Below are positions 10,165 to 23,684 of a DNA stretch of 64,000 bases, one piece after another. The notes beneath the pieces were generated by a model. It saw nothing but the letters and a program-made list of their open reading frames with translations. It made no database searches and was not told the origin of the DNA. Both the position numbers and the translations under genes were made by a program. Numbering within the stretch: position 1 is the stretch's first letter; the number at the start of each line of letters is the position of its first letter. The stretch is taken from NCBI GenBank assembly GCA_030265395.1, contig JARFYF010000054.1, forward strand, positions 11,910,935 through 11,974,934, read 5' to 3'. Source of the stretch: Rhina ancylostomus. Its lineage: Eukaryota.

Positions 10165-12415
10165 TAGAGTCATACAGCACCAATATGCCCTTTGACCCAC
10201 CATGCCTATGCAGACTGTCAAGTACCTATCCATACTAATCCCATTTACCCCGACTTAGTCTGTAGCTTTCTATGCAATGACAATTCAAGTGCTCAGCTAG
10301 ATGCCAAAATGTTGTGAGAGTACCTACTCCACCACTCACTTAGGCAGTGTGTTCCAGATTCTAACTACCCTCTAGGTGGAGAAAGTTCCCTTGTAAACCT
10401 CTTACCCCATGCCTAAACTAGTGCTTCCTAATTATAGGTACCTCTGCTATGGGGAAAAGTTTCCTGCTATCTAACCTCTCTATGCCCCTCCATTAGGTCC
10501 CCCCCCCCCCCTCGGCCTTTTCTGCTTCAAGGGTTTAAGAAAAAACTATCTGGTGTCTCCTCATAACTGAGACTGCACCATCCCAGGTAACTTCCTGGTG
10601 AATTTCCACTGCACCCCCTCTAATGTCCTTCCTGTATCTTGGCAACCAGAACTGTACACAGTACTTAAACTGTGGCCTAACCAAAGTTGTACCATAACCT
10701 CCCTGTCTTGTATGCTCTAGTTAATGAAGGCAAGTATCCCATATGTCTTCCTCACCACCTTATCTATTTCACCCATATGCTACATCCTCCAGGGATTCGT
10801 GAACTCCTACATTGAGGTCCTTTTGTTTCTTAATACTTCCTAAAAGCCTGCCATTCGTTGTGTATGTCTTTCCTTTATTAGTCCTCCCAAAGTACATCAA
10901 CTCTCTCTTATCAAGGTTGAATTCCATCTACTAGAAACACTCAGCAGATCAGAAAGCATCTCTGGAAGCATAAACAATTAAAGTTTCTGATATGGGACCC
11001 TTAGTCAGAACTGGAGAAGAGAAATACAAGTTAGTTTTCAGTAGGAGAGAAGGTGGAGGGATGTGTAGAACAAAGGGAATATCTCTGAAAGGATGCGAGT
11101 TCACATGTCTTAATGGGAATAGTTACCACATTAAGCTTCTTTATTTGTGTAATGTGATACAGACAAAGAATGAAAGTCAGCTGCCTAAAATTAGATAATC
11201 CGATTTGATCTTGGAAGGCTACTGTGTGCCCAATTGGAAGATAAAGTATTGTTTCTCAAGCTTGGGCCTTGTTGTAACATTGCTAGAGGTCACAAACAGG
11301 CCAGAGTTGAAGCAGGATGGTAAATTAAAGAGGCAGGTAATCAGAAGCTCAGGTTTGGGTGATGGCTGCTGAGCATCTGCATTCATTCCGCAGGGGTGAT
11401 CCTGAGCTTCCCACCTCTTCACCTTTTACAACACATTACACAGATAATGGAGCTTGATGTGCTGGTAGCTGACTCCATTAAGCCATTTGGATTCATATCA
11501 GAGATATTCTCTTTGCTTTACACATTCCCTCCTCCACCTTTTCTCCTACTGAAAACTAACTTGTATTTCTCTCTTTCCCAGTTCTGACAATGGTCCCAGA
11601 CCCAAGACATTAACTGCTTTTCCAGATGCTGCCTGACCTGAGTGTTTACAGCATTTTTTGTTTTTATTTCAGATTTCTAGCATCTGCTGTTTTCTTTGAT
11701 TCATCTACCCTTGCTCTGCCCATCTTATCAACTGATCAGTATCAGTCTGTAGTCTTAGACTATTTTCCTCATTATCAACAACAGTACCAATTTTCTTATC
11801 ACCTGCAAATTTACTAATCATACCTCCTGCACTGGTGTCCAGATCGTTAATGTATGGACCCCAGCGCTGATCCATGTGGTGCAGTCTTCCAAACACAATA
11901 GCAAACCTCCACCGTCACACTGTCTCCTATTACCGATCCAATTTGCCTGAATCTCAGGAGCTGTAACCTTTTGGACCAGTCTCCCATGTGGGACCTTTTC
12001 AAAGGCCTTACTGAAATCCATGCATATGAATCTATAATCAAACAAACTACCCTAATCAATGCATTTTTTTAACCACCTCAAAAAAAAATCAGTTAAATTG
12101 GTCAGACATGATATTCCCCCTAACAAAACAATGTTAACTGTTTTTATTTAATCCCTGCATTTCCAAGTGCAGGCTAATCCTGTCCTTCAGAATTTTTTCA
12201 ATAAATTCCCTACCACTGGCATTAGACTTGCAAGCAATTACCTGGCTAATCCCTATTGTCCTTCAATAAATGTACTATATTTACTGTCCTCCAGTAATTT
12301 GGTACTTCACCTGTGGCCAGTGAAGATTTAAAAATACTCATTATAGCCCATCAATCTCCTCCCTTGCCTCCCATAGCAGCCTGGGATACATCTCAACATG
12401 CATTGGGGATTTACT
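10165..12415 (-). mobile_element. CR1 LINE fragment (RT domain and 3' end), split by a Penelope-like insertion at about 10932-11695
   Basis: Minus ORFs MDFSKAFEKVPHGRLVQKV and YINDLDTSAGGMISKFAGDKKIG are degenerate CR1 RT motifs (DFSKAFD, FADD). CR1 tail near 10170-10260. Confidence 0.85.
10932..11695 (-). mobile_element. Penelope-like element remnant with inverted terminal repeats
   Basis: Arms at about 10935-11090 and 11498-11652 are reverse complements, including 30 nt perfect (gagaaatacaagttagttttcagtaggaga). Internal minus ORF RPKLEKQYFIFQLGTQ resembles the PLE GIY-YIG C-terminus. Confidence 0.8.
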
Positions 12416-12889
12416 GTATTCTTTTGGTAATATTTGCGAGATTGCATTTTTTTATACTGTGAACATAAAACCACTATTCAAATTCTGAATTGTGACCATA
12501 GTGTTACATTTTATTTAAAAGTTGCAAGCCCTTATTCTGGCTTTCACTGTAGAAAGGTGAACACAGTTATTTTCATTTGTACATATTCAATAATTTTGTT
12601 TCCTCATTGTCGGGCCTTGATTTAAAAGTGCAAAATTCAATTGAAAATTTCATAGTGAGAAGCAGAGATTTGTGTGTTTTGTTCAATTCACTCCTTTTTA
12701 GTGATATTATGCTGTTAATTTGATACAATACTTAATTTTACTATCAACCTATTCTCATCACAATTTGCATATAAATTGCATATGGATATAACGTGATCTC
12801 TAGATTGAACTGCTTTTGTTAGCAAAAAAAATTGTTTGGACTGTATCAGTTGGTTTACTAGATGTTTTTCATAAGCAGAAATGATTGTT

Positions 12890-13065
12890 AACATAAAACA
12901 GATAATGATGCAGATGCTCAGTAGGTCAGGTACATGTTGAGATTTCAGGTCAATGGCCTTTTCATCAGTTATAATAACATTAATACTTGTTTCTCTGATA
13001 GATACTGTTGAAACAGCTAAACACTCGCAGCATTTTTTTTTCAGATTTCCAACTGCTGCAACTTG
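12890..13065. mobile_element. Very degenerate inverted pair of Penelope-like pLTR fragments
   Basis: Left part ctcagtaggtcagg...tttcaggtcaatggccttttcatcag is in minus orientation; right part gcagcattttttttcagatttcc is in plus orientation. Confidence 0.5.
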
Positions 13066-13115
13066 CTTTATGCTATTCTAGTTAAAAATGTACATTTATT
13101 TTTGTTCTCTTTTAG

Positions 13116-13206
13116 GAATTCTGCTGTAGAGACTGTCGAGCAGGAATTACTTTTTGTAGGTAGTTAAAATGGGAAATTGCTGGCAATGCGAGACCTAATT
13201 AAAAAG
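13116..13206 (+). CDS. DDX52: DDX52 exon [29 protein letters not shown] with in-frame TAA at 13165-13167
   Basis: ttttag|G acceptor, AAG|gtacat donor, 91 nt. Matches the orthologue except for a stop at the position of a conserved Glu. Confidence 0.93.
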
Positions 13207-14497
13207 GTACATAATAAATAGGACAATAAGCCCCNNNNNNNNNNNNNNNNNNNNNNNNNNNNNNNNNNNNNNNNNNNNNNNNNNNNNNNNNNNNNNNNNN
13301 NNNNNNNNNNNNNNNNNNNNNNNNNNNNNNNNNNAAATAGGACAATAAGCCCCACATCACCAGCATAACTGCTACTAACATAGCTCTTCAAAACACAAGT
13401 TTAGAAGATAATCCATCTGAGTTGAAATGTCCATGTTTTAGGAGTAGCAAGTGCTCTGCTAGAGTCCTGGTTGGGATTAAATTATTTGAATAGTATTAGT
13501 GATGGGTCAATAGCTATGTTGGATTGTAGCAAACTTTTTAGTCCTGGCACTGAAATATTAGCTCAGGCTACACTGAAACTTTTAATGTTATCAGCAAGTG
13601 AACAGCGACCAGAACTAAAATAATGCTTTTCTATAAGAATATTTCTGATTGATTGTAATTCATTAGGAACCCTTCTTAGGTTTCTTATGAACTTTAGTGC
13701 CTTGTGTACTTGTGTAATTTCCACTGCTTTCCACTATGTGGCACCAATTAATAATTTTGACATCTCAGTACTGTGTTGTCTTTTTTAAAGTGACTTTATA
13801 AAAATCACTAATTTCCCATCTTGTCTCATCAAATGCTTCTGCCTATTACAAACCTTATATTTTCTTTCTTGATATCTTTATGTAATGTATGCAATGAGCA
13901 GGTGCTCAACATTCCATTGAAAATAGCAGATAGTAAGTGTAATTCAAACCTCCTGTCAAGCTCTTCTTCCATTCCTTAAAGAAATTTTGAGAAAAGGTCG
14001 GAGTTATTTAGAACCTTCTGGTGGCTGCAGGGGAATCAGTGTTCCATCACACAGCCATCTATTTACTGCTAAACTGGGGGAATGTACTTAATCTCACTGT
14101 TGAAACCTTTGTGTAGTGGGTTGGTGGAGGACAGTGAGGGTTTGGTTGGGTGGTGATAGTTGAATATTATCTTTCATTATGAAGGTAAGTTTCATTTGCT
14201 GGCAGTGTTGGGTTGCCTTTAAATTGTACTTTAAATTAACAATTACCTATCCTTGCCTGGCAAAGCCAACCAATTCAATGTTGATTAGTCGTATGACCTT
14301 ACTCCACATTAAACCTCCTTTATACTGTCATCAAATGTTTTGTATAACACCATTTGTACAGATGAACATGTGGTGTTCTCAGTATTATGTAAACACTCCC
14401 TTGCTTAGAGATGCAGTTTGAGATTGTAGCAGTGTGAATTGTTTCAATTGCATCAATATGTGAATCTGCTAAATTGTATTTCTTTGAAACTCTGAAG

Positions 14498-14620
14498 GGT
14501 TTTTCACCTCCAGTGCTGGTGTTTGTTCAGTCTATTGAAAGAGCAAAGGAGCTCTTTCATGAGTTTATCTACGAAGGTATTAATGTTGAAGTTATCCATG
14601 CAGAAAGAACACAGCAACAG
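14498..14620 (+). CDS. DDX52: DDX52 exon [41 protein letters not shown] (motif IV)
   Basis: tgaag|GGT acceptor, CAG|gtaata donor, 123 nt. Confidence 0.96.
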
Positions 14621-15221
14621 GTAATAGTGGTTTTTATTTTCTTGTATTTTGATTGAAGGAATCAAACGTAATAAATTATTAAAGAGTTGCAACACAATAA
14701 CTTGCATTTATCGGGTAATAATGATTGACCAAGTATTCAAAAGTGTCTTTTGGGAGGNNNNNNNNNNNNNNNNNNNNNNNNNNNNNNNAAAGAAAAATTA
14801 AATCTAATCTTTTACATTAATATAGTGCTGGTAGTTGACGCACTACACCATTTATAGGAAGATATAATGGCAACTTAATTGAGCATACTGATGCAAGAAA
14901 TTAACGTGCTTCAGGTCTGCAGTGATTGTACAAGTTCTGAGGATGTGTAAGGAAACCTGAGGTACTCTGTTTGTTCAGATGGTAGTGGCAAACTGTTTGC
15001 TGTAGTCTATCTCATTGTCAGAAATCTCTTCTGAATTTGTCAACCTTGGTTGCAAACAGTGGTGTAAACACCAGAATTCCCAGTAGAGGTGTTGAACAGG
15101 TCAGTGAAGAGAACCGGGCAGACACTGCATTGTCTCAATTCCTTGGAAACTGTATTGTGGATCTGAAAATGAACTGGTTTAGTTGTAAATCCCACAATGG
15201 AATAATTCATCAGAACTGATC

Positions 15222-15572
15222 AGGATGGCACAGCTAGTAGAATTGCTGCCTCACAACTCCAGCAACTAGGTTCAATTTGACTTCCAGTGCTGTCTGTGTG
15301 GATTTTGACATTTTCCCTGTGACTATGGATTTCCTCTGGGTGCTCTGGTTTCCTCCCACATCCCAAAAATGTGCAGGTTGGTAGGTTAATTGAACACTGT
15401 AAATTGCCCCTGGTGTGTAAATGAATGGTAGAAAATGGAAGTACAGACAGTTGATGGGAATGTGGGGAAAATAAAATGGGCTATGATGGAATTAATGTAA
15501 AAATAGGTGCTTGATAGTTAGTGTGGACACGGTGGGTCAAAGGGCCTGTATCTGTGTTGTACGACTATAACT
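15222..15572 (+). mobile_element. HE1/V-SINE-like SINE, near full length
   Basis: tRNA-like head (tggcacagctagtag, ggttcaattt), central ctctggtttcctcccacatcccaaa, CR1-type tail gggtcaaagggcctgtatctgtgttgtacgact. Confidence 0.85.
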
Positions 15573-16161
15573 CATCATCAAGATATGCATTTGAGCCATG
15601 TATTGAAATACTGAGTGACTTAGGATGCCTTCTGTTTTCTAACTTAAGGCTAAGTTATATATTGCATGTCTGACAACTACATCTAAAGCCAATATTAATG
15701 AATTCTGGACTGTTACTTATCAGACTGAGCAACATTTGGAGTAATTTACATGTCTTATACAATGCTACAAGTGAACTCTGCGTTACCTGGGGGGAGCAGT
15801 TGTGTTTCAACAAAATGGGCTGTATTGTGATTTTTATTTCCCATAACATGGAGCTACATCATCTGTGCATCAACTGCAAGTTTAAAAAGAAATGTTGTGT
15901 TTTATTTACAGTTTTTTCCCACTTAAGTTCCATGAAAGCATATTTTATTCCATATCACAAATTTTTGGGTACTGATTTGTGAATTTTAAGGGCAAATTTC
16001 TGTAACTTGAACAGCCTTAACGCAGGGCTCACCTGTATTTGTATGCGTGAAAATGTGACATGCTTGGTATAATGTAAAATTATAGCCAGATCCCACTTGA
16101 ATTTTGTGTTTGACAGTCTATGGATCCATAGCAGTTACGTGCCTTTTTATTTCCCCATCAG

Positions 16162-16312
16162 AGAGATAATGTAGTGTGCAGCTTCAGAGCAGGAAAAATT
16201 TGGGTCCTCATCTGTACTGCACTCATGGCTCGAGGTATTGATTTCAAAGGAGTGAGTTTAGTCATCAATTATGACTTTCCAACCAGCGCTATTGAATACA
16301 TCCATAGAATCG
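16162..16312 (+). CDS. DDX52: DDX52 exon [50 protein letters not shown] (motifs V, VI)
   Basis: catcag|AGA acceptor, G|gtgtgt donor, 151 nt. Confidence 0.97.
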
Positions 16313-19063
16313 GTGTGTATGAAATTTTTCCTTTGTGCAATTGTTTGAAGAAAGAATATTGTGGTTAGCATAAAGTATTTTGGGCTTTATGAAGATGGAT
16401 TTGTATTTTGCAATAAGTTGAACTAAGTTCCTAGATGGAGGATTTTGTACCCTTAAGAAAGCCAATGAAACTAAATTTTTTTATGGGAAGTTTCATCCGA
16501 AATACAAAAGCTATACTGCAAGTTTTGTGCTGCAGCAGATCTGACATCTTTCACAATTTCCACCCTCCTGAAACATTTCCCCCCCCCCCCCCCAGGTGCA
16601 CATTATCATGGAAAAAGCTGATCTGTTCTTTCTTGTTGAATCTCTAGTGTGTGATTATAATTGCCTTCATTGAAGACAAAGGGTTAAATTCATAGGCTGA
16701 CAAAGCCTCTTAATATTTACAATAAATTGTGTGCAATGACATCAGATTACTGGCTTTTCAGAAGGCTGAGCATCTCTTTTGTGTTGGATTTATTTTGTTG
16801 GGTTGTTAATCCAGTAATTTTGGGTAATATAGTTATCATCCAATTTGGGAAGAGGAGAAAATTACACCATTTTTGAAAATTATTCTTGCCATCCATACCT
16901 GAGGGAATAACTGAGTAATTTGGTCTCAGGTGTGCTGAAGTCATCACAAGAAACTCCTAAGCTTGATTCCTAAGGGAACATCTCTGCAAGCTGTTTGGCA
17001 CCTCCTGTTCAACATTCTGCCCATTTTCAGTGCAACCACCCAGTCAATTTATTGGTTGTAGACAAAAATAATGACTGCATTCCTTACATTCTTGAAAGTA
17101 AAATTTCTAATGTACAATCTTATTCTTCAAAACCTCAAACATTGATGCTGACATTCCACAGCATCCATGTGAAAGAAAAGTTGCTTCTACTGAATTGCAG
17201 TGTATAGTTGAGCAGTACCAGAAGATGCAACAGCTAGCAAATTTGCTTTCAGTAAAATGTACAATAACCATGATATTCCATGATATCTTAGTGTTGGATT
17301 TTACCTGTCAGTGATAACTATATAGCCATGCAGATCTAGAGATCCTGGGACCTATTTTGTTTTCCAGTCTCTCCTGCACGCTGAGCTGTATTGGCTGATT
17401 TCAGCAAGGATAGGAATGGAGGTGTTGAAAATCGCCTCTGCATCTTGGCTAGGGAATAGAAAAATCCACCAAGATTCTCACTCCTGCATGTGTGATCGCC
17501 ATCAGACTTGGTTGTTAAGTCAACACTCAAAACAGCAGGGTTCAGCTGTGGAATTGTACTTCTGATGGCCTTGGAAGTGCAAATAATTGATGGACAAATA
17601 TATTTTCTTTTATAATTCATGATTCTTCATACATCTTCTATTGTCAATTTTAGAGTCTGGTCATCATTGATAGCATACTAAGATTAATTATTGTAGATTT
17701 TAATAAATCAACAACATTCACTATTTGGATCTAATCAGTTGACTTTATCCAATGATGAATGAAAAACAAGTTAATCTAAAATAAATTATGTAAGGCTTTA
17801 GAACGCTAGAGGTTATTTCTCCATAATAACACACATTTATGGAGTACTGCTTTCATTCTCGATTATCTCCAGCTTTTCACTCGCTTGATTAAAGGGCATT
17901 GATATTTAAGAAGATGCAGAATGCATTTTGCACCACCATCATCTTGGGTGAATGATTTTTGGTATCAGTTGTGAAAAAAAATGTTGAGTACAACACTTGG
18001 GGATGGTCTTGGTTGTCTGTGTGTAATCAAACGCAATCTTAATTGGAACAAGCAGGTAGGACCTATTGTCCAAAGTGGGCATATTTCCTGATGCAGCGCA
18101 CAGTTGATGCAGTGGCAAAATGATAGTTAAGATTATGACCTCTTGCTGGGAGGAGAGGATGCTACCACCTGGAAGCGCCTGTTTTTGAGAGGTGAAACTA
18201 GAAGACTGATCAATTCTGGCTGCTATTATGTGTCCCACAGTGGCATTTTCCCAGCCCTAGGTTCCCCCAGTTAAAGGTGGTTGATTGTAGGGGAATTATT
18301 TAGATATTTTATTCTTCAGCTCTCCCTTTGTTACAGAATAATACTAACAAAATCATACTTGAAAGCATGTATTATAGTTGCTGTTTATATGAATATTCAG
18401 CAAAATAGGTGCAAGTCCAAACCATCTGGGTAATTGCTTCACATTGACCTAGGGTACTCAAATATAAGATGCTACAGATATGGATGGCCAATTAGCCCAT
18501 TGGAACTCAGCCATCCTATGTAAACATAGTTGCCCCATTATGATATTCAAAGTTTCCAAGGGTTTGTCTCTACTGTCCAGGCATCCATGTCGATTCTTTT
18601 GTATAAAGACTTTGCTGACAAATTTGAAAGTCTGTATCCCTTTCCTATGATGTTAATGTGACAGTTTCCTGGGTTTATCTTATTTCTGCTGTTTATCTTG
18701 TACACGTGTCCTACATTGCTGCCTTCATTGTCTGTTAAATTTGAAAATATTTCTGGTCTTTACTCATAACTCACCCCTGTGGCACAAGAAAACCCCTCCC
18801 CCTCCCCAACTTATTACACATTGATGTGGTTTTGACTGCTTGAATGGAGCACATTTCAAAGTTCCAGCACTAAAGCCTCTAACTTGTTTTTCAATCCTAC
18901 AGAGTTCAGTATCTGTCTTTCTCTACTCTGCTATCTTTATGCAAAACTGCATTTTTATTATGTCTTGACAGCTTTCTATTTGTGCCACCTTGTGTAGTGT
19001 CTGACATTATTTTACAGTGGAAAAACCAATAACTGTTAGTAACCAATGTTCTGTTGTAACTAG

Positions 19064-19139
19064 GACGTACTGGAAGAGCTGGTCACCAAGGAAAGGCTAT
19101 TACGTTTTTCACAGAAGATGATAAACCACTATTACGAAG
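19064..19139 (+). CDS. DDX52: DDX52 exon [26 protein letters not shown]
   Basis: actag|GA acceptor, AG|gtcagt donor, 76 nt; completes HRIGRTGR. Confidence 0.97.
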
Positions 19140-21012
19140 GTCAGTTTTGGATGTGAATCTTCAGAAAATTAGATATTCTGAATTGTCAGAAGAATGCGAG
19201 TCCAGTTGCTGGGTACACAGAGCAAATATGCACCTCTTTTTATAGTAGTGTGTTTATGGGAAAGATAAAAGTGTGGTGAAAGGCATAAAAGTGCTGTGCC
19301 TCACTAGGATTTAAGTTGTTTTTATATATTGTTTGTGTTCACTGACCAAATACTCAAGTGTTAGTTGCATTGTACAAGTACTACATATTTTAACAGACTA
19401 TTACCTAAAATGAAAATACAAGCATTTTTCTAATTAAAAAGCAATAATGTGAACTGTGCTTCAGTGAAATGCTTTGCCTTGGAGAAACAATGTGCTGCAA
19501 ATTTGCAGCATTCATTTTGCAGCAAATTGCTACAAAGTGGGAAGTTGCAAAAATTTGGGCTGTTATTCCTAATGTACAGTACTTGGGTAGTTTTAAAATA
19601 TCCCCAAAACTAAAAGCTTAATAACCTGATAAAAAGGGAGCACATATCACAATGTTCCTTTATGTTTATCACTCAATGATGTTGACTTAACGGACCAAGG
19701 TCACTTTTCCAAAATTATGGCTCAACTTGGCAAATGGTGTAGGCTATATCCTTCTATGCTTCAGTCATTTAAGAAGAAAATTGCATTAGTGAATTGTTTT
19801 CTCGTGACTCACTTCGTGTCTAAGATCCTCGGTTATGTAGGTGTAAAATGAGTCAGTTGCTGCCATGTTGTAGTTTTATTTTCTTGATGCTTTGATGTTA
19901 TAGAAGGCAAGTGCAAACTATTTCCCTTTTGAATTCCTTTGGACTTCGAGGATAAATCGTGAGCCTGCAAGGCTTATTTTGTTTATTCTAACTGATGTTC
20001 TTGCACATCAGTTGTGAGAGCGTAGTTTTTATGCAACTGAATTGCCAAGAAGTTTTGTCATTTATCTGTGCAGTCATATTTGTTGGCACTGAATTTGCAG
20101 ACATTCATATGTTACCTGTATTCACTGCTGAGCACTGAACTGATGTTTGGAATTCCAAACTGCTGTTATAGTGGTTTGACTGTTTCTGGCATGCAAAGAA
20201 CATAAGTAATGATTAAAACCATCTTTCATTAATTAAAAATATCTGAGTTAACTGCTTAGTCATTCACAGGCGTTCTCCACCATTGAAACTGATGGAGAAG
20301 CATTCCTGTAATTCTTATACCTTGTGCGGATTTTTATGGCAAGCTCACTGCAGAACTGTCGGGTAAAGATACCAAGCTGCCACTCCCACCCAGGCTCCAC
20401 AAGGTGCCCAGTGTCAGAATGTAATTGATAAAACATAGAGAACACTAACTGTAACATTGGGGCTTCTGTGTTTGCAAGGAGAACAAATATGGAGAGAAAT
20501 ATGGGCAAGTTATGTGGGGAACAAAACATCTAATGATGGAATTCTGTGATCTGTTCTTCCTTGTGCGAGTTAAAATATATTGGTTTCTATTCCACTATTT
20601 AAATTGCTCGCAATGCTAGCTGTCAAAATCTATGCACTTAGAGTGAAGAGTATAGACCAGTGCAAGCCCAAAGTGTAATTTGAGTAACTTTAAACATATA
20701 TGGGAAGAGTCTGGGTCTGGTTTCATTGTAATTATCCCATNNNNNNNNNNNNNNNNNNNNNNNNNNNTGACAACTGCTCATCAACCCACATCACATTCAG
20801 AAAAATGATTATTTATTTAAAAATCAGTTAAATTAGTTCCTATCATGTTAGCAAGGTATTTAGTTCATTGGTTTCTTTAATGATGGAATCTAGGGACTCA
20901 ATGAATACAGTAATTCTTCGTATATGGCAGTGCTGACAGTGCTGTTAGTGAGGTTGTAATAAAACTTTTTCAGAAATTATGCATTATTTTGTTAATGTCT
21001 TTCTTTATTCAG

Positions 21013-21084
21013 CATAGCAAATGTCATCAAACAAGCTGGTTGCCCTGTACCGGATTACATGATGCAAATAAATAAATTGCAAAG
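21013..21084 (+). CDS. DDX52: DDX52 exon IANVIKQAGCPVPDYMMQINKLQS
   Basis: ttcag|C acceptor, AG|gtaaat donor, 72 nt. Confidence 0.95.
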
Positions 21085-22606
21085 GTAAATGTCCATGATT
21101 TAAATATGTATTAACTAAGACAAGGAATGCTGTATCTCACTCTTTATGAGTGAGTGGGCAGAGTTGTAAGATCGTTAGCTACCATATTTGGCAAATTGAG
21201 TTAAATCTGTTGCTGCTTTAAGGTTAATAACTGTACATTAGCCTTTACAAATATGTACTTCCCTGGAAATGCAACAGTCTTGAATTTACTCAAAAATATA
21301 ATACAGCAGATGCTGTTTGAATTAAAAAGAGAAAATGATGGAAATAGCAGATTAAGTAATACCTTTTGAAGAAATGGGTAACATTTCAAGGTAATGACTG
21401 TCTATCTGAACATCCTTTAATTTCTGTTTCATCCTTCACTTCTTCAAAGATTCATTTACATAGTCACATCAGCACAGCTGAGGCAGTCAGCAAAAATGTG
21501 ACAAGGGCGGGCAGACTGGGCGGGTGGAGTTGGCTGGGTAATTGGTGGCAGGGGAGGATGTATAGACAGTTCCCTCCCTTTTCTGAAGGGAGCAAATTAA
21601 GTCTATACTCTGCCAACAATTTGTAATAACTTATTTGAGAAATGGTATTTAAGTGGCCACACTGGAAGAATTGCACTGCTTAATGGCAATCTGTTTAATA
21701 GGTGCAGTAGTTTAAAAATTGGGTCTGGTCAGCAGTATTTTTCCTGTGTCCCTGCTCTTTGCTGCAGGTGCTCTTTTAACTGAACAGCTTTTGTGTAGAG
21801 GACTATTCTGATCGTTTTGATATTTGCCCTTTGAATACTATGATAAATATGTTAAGCCTGATTATTCACAGATAAAAGTTCTAAATTTGCAGAATTAACA
21901 AATGATCTTGAAATGCACTCCAATTTTATTGATCCTTTATATTTTATTCATATACATCAGAGCATCCTTTGTCCAGAATGAGAAGAGGCCATATATCAAT
22001 CTATTTCTGAATTAGCCATCCTCATGAGATTGCTATTATTTTTTTGCTTTCTTTTAATTGTTTGTTTTTTTTTAAAATCGTACTGTATTTCATTTTCTTT
22101 CATCAATGAGCATGATGTTCTCACTTTTTTACCCTCAAGTAAAAGCATCCTTGCACTTAGTCTTGAATGATAACAGTTTAGTCAAATTTCATAGATAAAC
22201 TTCCATTGGAGAACTCAGATAATGCACCAAATAGATGGCTTCCTTTTACATTATGGAAGATAAATGCTTCAGGAATGTTGTATCTCCATTTCAGCATTAT
22301 TTGACTGGAACATCAAGGCTGTATCTATTCAATGAATGCAAAGAAAGTAAAGATAGAAGCTGGGTTCTCTGAAGCTAGACTATTTGGCAGCTTTGGTACA
22401 AAGCAGCAATCTCCAGAATGAGTTTGAATGCATATCCTTCATATACCAACAAATTGTGGGTGGATTTAATCTTTCATCATTGTACCTCTTTCAGATTCCT
22501 ATTCTGTTTTATTAATTTGTTGTTTCAGTTTTTGTATTGATTTTGAAACCTAATCCATTAACAGTGTGTTTTTGTAATAATGGTTGCCACCTTGCTCTCA
22601 TTGCAG

Positions 22607-22699
22607 TAAACAAAGGAAAAGGTTAGTCAAAAATCCAATCAAACGAGCGACCATCAAGACCACACCAAAATACTTCCTGGAAATGGCAGCCAAAAAGAA
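22607..22699 (+). CDS. DDX52: DDX52 exon KQRKRLVKNPIKRATIKTTPKYFLEMAAKK
   Basis: ttgcag|T acceptor, AA|gtaagg donor, 93 nt; basic C-terminal region with the TTPK motif. Confidence 0.92.
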
Positions 22700-23234
22700 G
22701 TAAGGTTCTTTGAAATGTCATATATTTTTGAACTGAATTCTGTGCAATTAGATTATATTTAAGTCACCCAACAAATCAAGTAATTTCTGAAGTAAAATTC
22801 CCAGTACTCTTTTATGTGAGCCTGATGCCAGATTGAATGTTTAGAAAACTTAACAGCCACAGTACATCTGTTCTTGTATCTTGAAATTTATGTAAATCCT
22901 GGTCTGAAAGTTCATTTACAGGACTGGGTTGTATTTTTAAAAATGAAGAACTTGAATGCTAATTGAGTAAACTCATCTTTAGTTATTTTTGAATTCTTGT
23001 CTCAAGTACGAAAATAAGTGTACTGTTTTATATCCACTTTAATGTTCAATTGTTTCAATTCAGACAATCAGGACTGTGTATGTTAGGTTAGATGGAAGTG
23101 TTACATCATTGATAACCTATGAAAATTTAACCCACTGCGGCAGACAGTTCGATATAAAGGTGGCTTGAATTTAGTCATTCAATTTTTTTATTATGTTTAT
23201 TAGAATAAAATAGTTACTGTTATTTGAAAACTTT

Positions 23235-23340
23235 TGAAATAAAAACAGAAAATGCGACAGATATTCAGCAGGTCAGGCAGCATTTGTGAAGAGAGAAACC
23301 AAGTTAACCTTTCTGACTGATAATCGTTCATCAGAACTGC
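23235..23340 (-). mobile_element. Penelope-like pLTR fragment with degenerate hammerhead motif (23302-23338)
   Basis: aaataaaaacagaaaatgc...tcagcaggtcaggcagcatttgtg; minus strand reads AGTT-CTGATGA-...-GAAA-GGTT-AACT. Confidence 0.7.
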
Positions 23341-23617
23341 ATTTTGTAACATGAAACATTTCCTGAATGAAGCAAGTTAGATAATTTTGAATATGTGACT
23401 CAATACAACACTCAGTAATTCTGATGGTAGTTGCTGAGATGTAACCACCAATTACAAAAGGGAGAACTAAGTGTATTAATTAAAATTCAGGAGAATTGTT
23501 GAAAAAGTAATTGTAAATAAGAATATAGAAAATGAAATGTGGCAATATATTTCTTGCTATGCCTCAGGATCCCAGCTAGTGAACAGGGAACTCTAATTTT
23601 TATTTTGCTGTTTACAG

Positions 23618-23684
23618 AAAATTGATTCAGAGGAGCAAGAAGAAAAAAGAAAAATCCCAGAAACTGACAGCTATTAGTTCTTAA
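23618..23684 (+). CDS. DDX52: DDX52 terminal coding exon KLIQRSKKKKEKSQKLTAISS*
   Basis: tttacag|A acceptor, phase-compatible with the previous exon, Lys-rich tail, TAA at 23682-23684. Confidence 0.8.

Noticed and set aside
1677-23684. Calling DDX52 a pseudogene
   Set aside because: Only one lesion, next to a contig end; all other exons, helicase motifs, phases and splice sites are intact.
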